In this document: one piece after another, positions 57,807 to 64,000 of the stretch
How positions within the stretch are numbered: position 1 is the stretch's first letter
How the letters are laid out: each line of letters opens with the position of its first letter
From: Candidatus Hydrogenedentota bacterium
Lineage (GTDB): Bacteria > Hydrogenedentota > Hydrogenedentia > Hydrogenedentales > CAITNO01
Reading direction: 5' to 3'
NCBI GenBank assembly: GCA_029776995.1
Contig: JAKOTZ010000075.1
Span: 2,225 to 66,224, forward strand
Length of the DNA: 64,000 bases
The notes under the pieces: model-generated
Told to the model about the DNA's origin: nothing
Database searches by the model: none
What the model saw: only the letters and a program-made list of their open reading frames with translations
Program-made: the position numbers and the translations under genes

Positions 57807-60281
57807 TTATTTTGGAGGGGCAGGATCCGGGCAGGAATACCGGTGCGAACCTGGGGAAGCAGTGTGCTTTGTGCCGTCCGGCAGTATGACGGTTCCTGAC
57901 ATGCCGTCCGGCAGGGACACCTCGAGCAGAAAGCGGTCCTGTTCGCGGGACCAGGATACGGCCACATCGCCCAGCGGCGTCGGCCATTTCCCTTCGGCGC
58001 GCCGAAGCGGTCCCGGCCATGGGCGGATTTCCACGGCGCGGCATCCCGGCTGCAGGGGACGGATTCCGAGGATCAGTCGGGGCAGCCGGTAGGTGGGCGT
58101 CGCGCTCCAGGCGTGGCATTCGCTGCGGGGACTGTCCGGCGTTTCCCACCAGGTCGTGGAGCCCGCTTCGAGCATGGGTTTCCAGCGGTTCAGATCGTTC
58201 AGGATCTGCTCGGGCATGCCCAGCATTTCGGCGGCATCATGCAGATAATGGGCAAAATAGAACGTGGTATTCCTGAGCGAGGCGTCAGAAAAAAGCCTGT
58301 CGGCAATCCGGGTTTTGCGCGCGCCGTCCGCGACGTCAGCCAGAATCGCGAACGCGTTCACGTGTCGGCTGAACGTAACCGTGGCGATGCCATCCTGATA
58401 CAGGCCTTCCGTTTCGTTCCACGCATGCCGGTTCACGGCCTCGGCTATGGCCCTGGCTTCGCCCCGGCAACGTTCGGCTTCGGCTGTTTCCCGCAGGAGG
58501 TCATGTACGCGCGCGGCTGATTCCAGGGCAATTTTGTAATGCAGGGTAGCCAGCGTATCATTTTCGGACTGAGCCGCCGGTACCCCGTTCGTTTCGAAGA
58601 TCCAGTCATAGAAATTCCAGTAGGGCAGCCCCGCGACGAACCCGGCATCCGTGAGATGGCGACGGTAAAAACGCAGGATGCCGTCCACCACGTGAACCGC
58701 TTCAGTCGCAAGGCGGACGTCGCCCGTATACAGCAGGTAATCGTCAAGCATCTGGATCCAGGCCAGGGAGTAACCGGGAATCACCTGAAAAACATGATTG
58801 GGGTATCGGGACTGAATAAGCCCCTCCGGCGTCACGGACGCCTGCAGCTGCCGTATGGCATTGGCCGGCAGAAGGGTATCGCCAAACGCCGCGTAGGTCA
58901 CCAGGCACTGGATGCGGGTATCGCCGCCATACTGAAGCCGTTCATAATACGGGCAGTCCTGGAACGTGTCCATGGCGCACAGCCGCTGGGTATTACGTCC
59001 GACATCCCATACCCGGTTGAGGAAGGAATCATCACAGGAAAAATATCCCCGGTCCGCAAAAGGATATCCCGCGCGCCGATAATACAGCCCCCGAATGGTC
59101 ACCGGCCGTTCACAGCGGACAGCCACCCGGACAAAACGGAAGGTACGCCAGGACATGGGCTCATAACGTTCCGGACCCTGGCCCGACAACGTATAAATAT
59201 CCGCGGATCCTTCCACGCGCCGGTGTTCCAGTCGGTCCCTCCGGCCTTTTTCCCCCTTCAGCGCGGGCGCCTCGGCCCACATGATTTCCACCGGCGTTCC
59301 TGCCGGTCCGTCTATTTCCAGACAGACCCACGCATTTACCAGTTCCCCGGCGTCAAAAACGGCGCAGTGGATGGCGCCATCGCCCGGAAATGTAACCTCA
59401 TGCCCGGATCCCGTCCCTTCGTCCGTCGGAATTACGTCGAAGGGAAACGGCGGCTCCTGTTTTTTTCCGGATACGGTACCGCGCTGCACCAATAGGGCAG
59501 ACTGGACGGCTCCGAGGGCCGGCGCGGGAATGGTCCGCGGATACAGTTTCCAGGGGCTGCCCGTATCCCCGGAAGGCACATTCCAGCACTCCGCCCGGGA
59601 AATTTCCCGCGCGGCCGACCAGCCCGGCCCTTCTTTGAATGAAGCCAGCGAGATGCCTCGGCCCAATTCGCGGCCATCCACCCATTCGTACCAGTGCGCC
59701 GCTCCGCCGCCGCGGGTGTTCTCCCGGCCCGCATTCCGATAGCCGGAACAGACGCGAACCCGCCAGGAGGCATCAGTTTTCAGTTCCGGGGCGTCCAACA
59801 GAAACGCCGGCATCGCGCTGACCTGACGGTACGGGCCCGCCGTGGTGGGATCACTCCAGCAGATGACCCGGGCAGCTATTATGTTTTCGCCCTGCTGAAC
59901 GTAAGGCGACAGGTCCAGCGTGTCGTAGACCTGATGCGCCGGATCAAACAGGGCCGGCCCCCGGAAGACTTCCACGCCGTTCACCCATAACACGTAGGCG
60001 CTGTCCGCGGAAACCCGCACCTTTTGCCATGCTGCCGGATTCGTTACCTGAAATGTCCGCCGCACTTCAAAGACACCACCCAGCGGATCCACTTCCGCGG
60101 AACGGGCCGGCCCGATCCACGACGCTTCAAATGGCGCCGGCGGCGCTAAGGGCTCAACCGCGCAGGCCGCCCATTTCGCTTCCGTGATGCTTTCCGAAGT
60201 CATGGCGCGTGTTTCCTCTCCCCGCGATATCGCGGCCATCAGCAGCAGCCCCGCGGCCAGGTTCAGCATGGTCCGGTTCAT
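57807..60281 (-). CDS. Secreted GH78-like alpha-L-rhamnosidase family six-hairpin glycoside hydrolase
   Basis: Signal peptide. QDCPYYERLQYGGD resembles the GH78 DCP.RER.GW.GD catalytic-domain motif. Size and domain order fit. Confidence 0.5.
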   Translation of the reverse strand: MNRTMLNLAAGLLLMAAISRGEETRAMTSESITEAKWAACAVEPLAPPAPFEASWIGPARSAEVDPLGGVFEVRRTFQVTNPAAWQKVRVSADSAYVLWVNGVEVFRGPALFDPAHQVYDTLDLSPYVQQGENIIAARVICWSDPTTAGPYRQVSAMPAFLLDAPELKTDASWRVRVCSGYRNAGRENTRGGGAAHWYEWVDGRELGRGISLASFKEGPGWSAAREISRAECWNVPSGDTGSPWKLYPRTIPAPALGAVQSALLVQRGTVSGKKQEPPFPFDVIPTDEGTGSGHEVTFPGDGAIHCAVFDAGELVNAWVCLEIDGPAGTPVEIMWAEAPALKGEKGRRDRLEHRRVEGSADIYTLSGQGPERYEPMSWRTFRFVRVAVRCERPVTIRGLYYRRAGYPFADRGYFSCDDSFLNRVWDVGRNTQRLCAMDTFQDCPYYERLQYGGDTRIQCLVTYAAFGDTLLPANAIRQLQASVTPEGLIQSRYPNHVFQVIPGYSLAWIQMLDDYLLYTGDVRLATEAVHVVDGILRFYRRHLTDAGFVAGLPYWNFYDWIFETNGVPAAQSENDTLATLHYKIALESAARVHDLLRETAEAERCRGEARAIAEAVNRHAWNETEGLYQDGIATVTFSRHVNAFAILADVADGARKTRIADRLFSDASLRNTTFYFAHYLHDAAEMLGMPEQILNDLNRWKPMLEAGSTTWWETPDSPRSECHAWSATPTYRLPRLILGIRPLQPGCRAVEIRPWPGPLRRAEGKWPTPLGDVAVSWSREQDRFLLEVSLPDGMSGTVILPDGTKHTASPGSHRYSCPDPAPPK

Positions 60282-60345
60282 CGCAACCTCCCTTGTGAAT
60301 TATCCGGGCTTATTGACGCCATACTATGCTGTCCGCATTATAAGG

Positions 60346-60378
60346 AAAAACCGCCTTCCCGGGGGGAAGACGGTTTTC
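60346..60378 (-). terminator. Rho-independent terminator after rplL (hairpin plus U-run on the minus strand), immediately followed by a TATAAT -10 (60337-60342) for the rhamnosidase gene
   Basis: Minus-strand CCGTCTTCCCCCCGGGAAGGCGG followed by TTTTT, then TATAAT. AAGGGAGG ribosome-binding site before the ATG at 60281. Confidence 0.6.
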
Positions 60379-60415
60379 CGTAAATACGTTGCCGTATCGG
60401 TACGGCCGGAAGGGA

Positions 60416-60811
60416 TTACTTGCCCTTGACTTCGACGGTCGCGCCGGCGTCTTCGAGCGCTTTCTTGAGCTTTTCGGCATCTTCCTTGGACATGCCTTCC
60501 TTCACGGTGCACGGGGCCTTGTCCACCAGGTCCTTGGCTTCTTTCAGGCCCAGGCCGCACATGTCCTTCACGACCTTGATCACGCCGATCTTCTGGGCGC
60601 CGAAGTCTTTGAGGATCACGTCGAATTCAGTGGGTTCTTCCGCGGCTTCCGCCGGGGCAGCGCCCGCGCCGGCCATCGGCATGGCGCCCATCATCACCGG
60701 GGCAGCCGCCGTCACGCCGAATTTTTCTTCCAGGGCTTTCACCAGTTCACTCAGTTCCAGCACGTTCAGTTCCGCAATGCTGTTGATGATCGCATCCAGT
60801 TTCTCTGACAT
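60416..60811 (-). CDS. rplL: 50S ribosomal protein L7/L12
   Basis: An N-terminal dimerization helix, an Ala/Pro-rich hinge, and a C-terminal domain [10 protein letters not shown]...[15 protein letters not shown]. Confidence 0.9.
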   Translation of the reverse strand: MSEKLDAIINSIAELNVLELSELVKALEEKFGVTAAAPVMMGAMPMAGAGAAPAEAAEEPTEFDVILKDFGAQKIGVIKVVKDMCGLGLKEAKDLVDKAPCTVKEGMSKEDAEKLKKALEDAGATVEVKGK

Positions 60812-60927
60812 GGTTTTTTCCTCTATGTTTGGTCGTCCGCTTTCGGACGTTATTTATGTTTCCGGGTTCTCACTGAATCTATCCGATCCGCGCCGAACCC
60901 GTACCGGCGCGGCCGGAGCGGTATGGG

Positions 60928-61452
60928 TCAGGCCGCCTGGCCTTCCTTTTTCTGACGGATCTGGTCCAGCACGCTGGCCAGGTCGCGCAGCGGAGCGTTG
61001 AGCACGCCGACCAGGTTGCGCAACGGCATGGCAATGGTTCCAACCACCTGGGCGATAAGCTGTTCCCGGGACGGGAGCGAAGCAAGCGCCTGAACCTGGG
61101 CGGCATTCACCGGTTTTCCTTCCAGCACGCCTCCCACGATCTGGATGAAAGGCACCTCTTTGGCGTATTCGGACAGGAGTTTAGCCGGCGCGACCGGATC
61201 CTCGGAAAAGGCCCACGCCGTGGGGCCCTCCATAAAATCGGCCGCTTTTTCGACGCCGCACTCCCGCAGCGCCAGCCGGGCCAGCGTGTTCTTATACACC
61301 TTGAACGTCACGCCACTCGCCCGGAGTTTCGACCGGAGCTCCGTGGCCTGCGCCACGTTGATGCCGCTGTATTTGGTGGCCACCGCCACTTTGCTGCGGC
61401 TCAGCCGTTCTTTCATTTCGGCAACCGCGTCAATCTTTTTTTGCGTAGGCAC
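60928..61452 (-). CDS. rplJ: 50S ribosomal protein L10
   Basis: VAVATKYSGINVAQATELRSKLRASGVTFKVYKNTLARLAL is the L10 signature. A GTG start is inferred 8 nt after GGAGG (MPTQKK...). Confidence 0.8.
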   Translation of the reverse strand: MPTQKKIDAVAEMKERLSRSKVAVATKYSGINVAQATELRSKLRASGVTFKVYKNTLARLALRECGVEKAADFMEGPTAWAFSEDPVAPAKLLSEYAKEVPFIQIVGGVLEGKPVNAAQVQALASLPSREQLIAQVVGTIAMPLRNLVGVLNAPLRDLASVLDQIRQKKEGQAA

Positions 61453-61640
61453 GCTGTTCACCTCCTTTCCGCGAGGCGCGGAAATAAATAACCCCGCGCC
61501 ATTTTCTGACAGCACGGGGAAACAGTCCACTCATCCAACTCACCCAGAATGGGGAGCGTGTCTTTCTGTTTCGCCCCGTCTCGGCTGGATCTTTAAGGCC
61601 GTACGGCCCCCGGCTGTCTTCGACGAAGCCGCGCGCCTTT
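61453..61640 (-). promoter_or_regulatory. Candidate L10 (rplJL) autoregulatory leader / 5' UTR
   Basis: About 190 nt of non-coding sequence upstream of rplJ on the minus strand. It is a GC-rich structured region; the consensus fold was not verified. Confidence 0.25.
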
Positions 61641-61819
61641 TACATGACACGCACTGGGGAAAGTATACGCTACCCGCAGCACCTGACGCAACCCGGCGCC
61701 CTGGAAAAATCACGGTTGATGCCTTCCCGACCGGAGCGCGGCACAAAGACGTTCGCTCTGCTGCTGAAACAGGTGTTGCCCTCTGCTGCAAAATGGAATT
61801 AGCGGAAATCCGGAAACCG

Positions 61820-63229
61820 TCATGCCTGAACGTAGGGAAAATCCAGATCCTCTGTACTGCGCGCCCATTCCGCAAGGGCGGTCCGGTGCTCTTTGAGAAT
61901 GGTTTGGTGTTCTGTCTGCACTGCCAAGTTGCGCGTCTCGCCGGGATCCGCGTCCATGTCGAAAAGCTGTTCCCGGCACGTGCCCGTGTCATAGACACAG
62001 TATTTGAACCGCCGGGTTCGAAGCATACGCCCTCGAAGCCCCAGCGGCTGGGTATCACGGGAAAACACCGTTTCGGAAACGACATACGGCCGGTCCAGCG
62101 TGGAGGTCGCGCCTTCCGCGATTCCCCGCAGCGAAATGCCCCGCATGGATTCGGGCGGCGCGCCACCGGCCCAATCAAGCAGCGTCCGAGGGATATCCAG
62201 CCCTGTGGAAACCAGCTCGGAAGATACCGCGCCGGCTTTAATTCCCGGGCCGGCCAGTATCAGCGGCACCCGCACGCACTGGTCATACAGCACCTGTTTC
62301 TGGTTCCAGTGGTGCATGGCGACGCCTTCCCCGTGATCGCTTACCAAAATAACGATTGTGCTGTCGGCATAAGAACTGGAAAAAAGGGCGTCGAGCACCC
62401 GCCCGATTTCAGCGTCCACCTTCTCAACCAGCCGGTAATATCCCCAAAGATACTGCCGCCATTTCAGTTCGTCCCAATCCCGGGTTGGGTAATGGAAGGG
62501 AATTTTCCGCTGCACCTCCCGGATCGCCGATGGTTCATTTTCGGGAATGGCAAAGTTCTCCGGAAGCGGAGGAAGCGCGTCCGGTTCCATCGGCGGCTCG
62601 CCAATAGGGCCGTCCGGAAGAGCTTCTCCCCGCGCCAGCTCGCAGACATTGTGGGGATTCATGTAGGAAACGGTCAGGAAGAACGGCTCCCGAAAACCCC
62701 GTTTAAGCCTTGATACCGCCGCTTCTGTCTTCCGGTGGTCCGGCCTGATGTCATAGGCTTCACCGGCATATCCCGCCGATTTGAACGACGCGCCCACATG
62801 CCATTTCCCGATATAAGCACACTCATACCCGGCATTGCCCATGAGGCTGCCCAGCATGGGGAACTCCCCCCTGATGTCGCGCCCGTTACTGATGACGCCG
62901 ATTTCGTGGGGATAGCGGCCGGTCTGGAGGCTTGAACGGCTGGGCATGCACAACGGCTGGGTAACGTAGGCATGGCTGAACCGTATGCCCTGCCGCGCCA
63001 GCGCGTCCATGGCGGGCGTGGCCAGATGGAGATTCCCCGCGCAACGCATGGCGGAAGCCGTCTGCTGATCGGTCATGATAAGCAGAATATTAGGTTTGTC
63101 ACCCGCGGCGGATACGGCGGACGCATTCAGCCACGCGCCGCCCATACCGGCAACCGCCGCGGACCGCAGCAAAAAATTTCGTCTGCTGTACGTTACCTCA
63201 CGGCCGCGCTGTGCTTTCATCCTATGCAA
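61820..63229 (-). CDS. Sulfatase (TAT/Sec signal; C-M-P-S-R formylglycine motif)
   Basis: SRRNFLLRSAAVAG leader. PNILLIMTDQQ...QPLCMPSRSSLQTG is the sulfatase core. Confidence 0.8.
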   Translation of the reverse strand: MHRMKAQRGREVTYSRRNFLLRSAAVAGMGGAWLNASAVSAAGDKPNILLIMTDQQTASAMRCAGNLHLATPAMDALARQGIRFSHAYVTQPLCMPSRSSLQTGRYPHEIGVISNGRDIRGEFPMLGSLMGNAGYECAYIGKWHVGASFKSAGYAGEAYDIRPDHRKTEAAVSRLKRGFREPFFLTVSYMNPHNVCELARGEALPDGPIGEPPMEPDALPPLPENFAIPENEPSAIREVQRKIPFHYPTRDWDELKWRQYLWGYYRLVEKVDAEIGRVLDALFSSSYADSTIVILVSDHGEGVAMHHWNQKQVLYDQCVRVPLILAGPGIKAGAVSSELVSTGLDIPRTLLDWAGGAPPESMRGISLRGIAEGATSTLDRPYVVSETVFSRDTQPLGLRGRMLRTRRFKYCVYDTGTCREQLFDMDADPGETRNLAVQTEHQTILKEHRTALAEWARSTEDLDFPYVQA

Positions 63230-63348
63230 CTCCCTAACCAGGCGAATTAGCTTACAGCCTTGAAAGCATTATAAAACCACATTGAACCCACTCCGCACAT
63301 TTTCTGTCCGCGTACAATGCGTCGGACAGAAAAAACCGGAAGTACCAA

Positions 63349-63999
63349 TCAGCGCTCCCTCCGGAGGCTTTTGATCAGTTCCAGCAGACGGCCTTCGGTG
63401 CGGTCGTAACGCAGGATGCCTTTTCGGTCGACCACAACCGTTTCCGGGATGAACTGGATGCCATAGGCTGAGAACGTTTTGGACGGTTCCGCATCCAGGC
63501 CCACCGGAAAACGGATGCCCTGCTGACGCAGGAACCGATCCACAGACTCCGCGTCCTCACTGGCATCGTGTACGGTCAGGATCACCACGTCATCCACCCC
63601 CTGGTAAAGATCATGCAGGGCCTGCATTTCATACAGGCGGTCGTGGCCCTGGGGACTGTCGTCAAACCATCCCCAAAACGTGATCACGGTTACCCGGTCT
63701 TTGAGCGGTACGGCCTGCTCGGGCTGAATGTTGAACCATCTGGAACATTCGAGCGGGGAAGCAGGTTTCCCAAGCTTGCTCTTCAGATTATTCTGGCCCG
63801 GAATGGGCGGACGGTCCTCCAGCGCGGGCTCAAAAGAATCGAGAACAAGTTCCAGGTCGCCGCGCTGATCCAGATTGACCGTGAAGTCCCGACGCAGCAT
63901 GCGCAGGGCATGTTCAACCCGGAACGAGGCGCGATTATCCTCAGGCTGGTATCCCAGCGCGATGCGAAAATTTCCTTCGGTATCGGTGACAGCCCGCAC
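63349..63999 (-). CDS. Partial (5' end beyond the window) secreted protein with a C-terminal TlpA/thioredoxin-like fold that lacks a CxxC
   Basis: VTVITFWGWFDDSP...VVILTVH resembles a TlpA/AhpC-like thioredoxin fold, but the redox cysteines are replaced (WFDD). The ORF runs to the window edge. Confidence 0.35.
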   Translation of the reverse strand: MRAVTDTEGNFRIALGYQPEDNRASFRVEHALRMLRRDFTVNLDQRGDLELVLDSFEPALEDRPPIPGQNNLKSKLGKPASPLECSRWFNIQPEQAVPLKDRVTVITFWGWFDDSPQGHDRLYEMQALHDLYQGVDDVVILTVHDASEDAESVDRFLRQQGIRFPVGLDAEPSKTFSAYGIQFIPETVVVDRKGILRYDRTEGRLLELIKSLRRER

Positions 64000-64000
64000 T

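Noticed and set aside
61145-62713. 522-aa + strand ORF
   Set aside because: It is antisense to the sulfatase (C-M-P-S-R motif on the minus strand) and spans the rplJ leader. It has a low-complexity Arg/Gly/Pro composition typical of wrong-frame GC-rich translation.

Overview
The window is high-GC bacterial chromosome with dense, mostly operonic coding and no clear mobile element. I found no integrase or transposase, but did not check for a CRISPR array.

The gene content points to a Planctomycetota-Verrucomicrobiota-Chlamydiota (PVC)-group polysaccharide degrader, such as Kiritimatiellota, Verrucomicrobiota, Lentisphaerota or Planctomycetota. The evidence is three sulfatases with the formylglycine C-x-P-x-R motif (two with TAT leaders), a DUF1559 'H-X9-DG' prepilin-like protein, and many predicted secreted carbohydrate-active enzymes (GH172/DUF2961, GH92-like, GH78-like, GH9-like, a GH43-like propeller, DUF1080, DUF4091-like). 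This lineage call is an inference.

Housekeeping genes:
- glgC followed by tRNA-Leu(UAG)
- recF with a DUF721 gene
- two tandem RmlD-like reductases
- lnt and murJ
- a large ileS
- apt
- rplJ and rplL, with a candidate L10 leader and a terminator

Regions worth a second look:
- A complete arsenic resistance and methylation island at 33.2-38.4 kb: an ArsR-ArsC fusion, ArsM, ACR3, a second ArsR, and an unusually long ArsP/DUF318-type permease with a small thioredoxin. It runs directly into an extracytoplasmic thiol-disulfide module (membrane thioredoxin, CcdA, a CxxC protein).
- A minus-strand cassette at 17.4-20.7 kb: a DUF2075 PD-(D/E)xK nuclease / P-loop ATPase, a ThiF/MoeB E1-like enzyme with an N-terminal ThiS-like beta-grasp domain, and a small acidic protein. 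It is bordered by a 600-bp AT-rich tract and a (GGGGGA)4 G-quadruplex-type repeat. This is my best candidate for an undescribed conflict or conjugation-type system.
- A 75-bp in-frame tandem duplication inside a sulfatase gene.

All functional calls rest on motif-level reading of the translated ORFs. No database searches were run.
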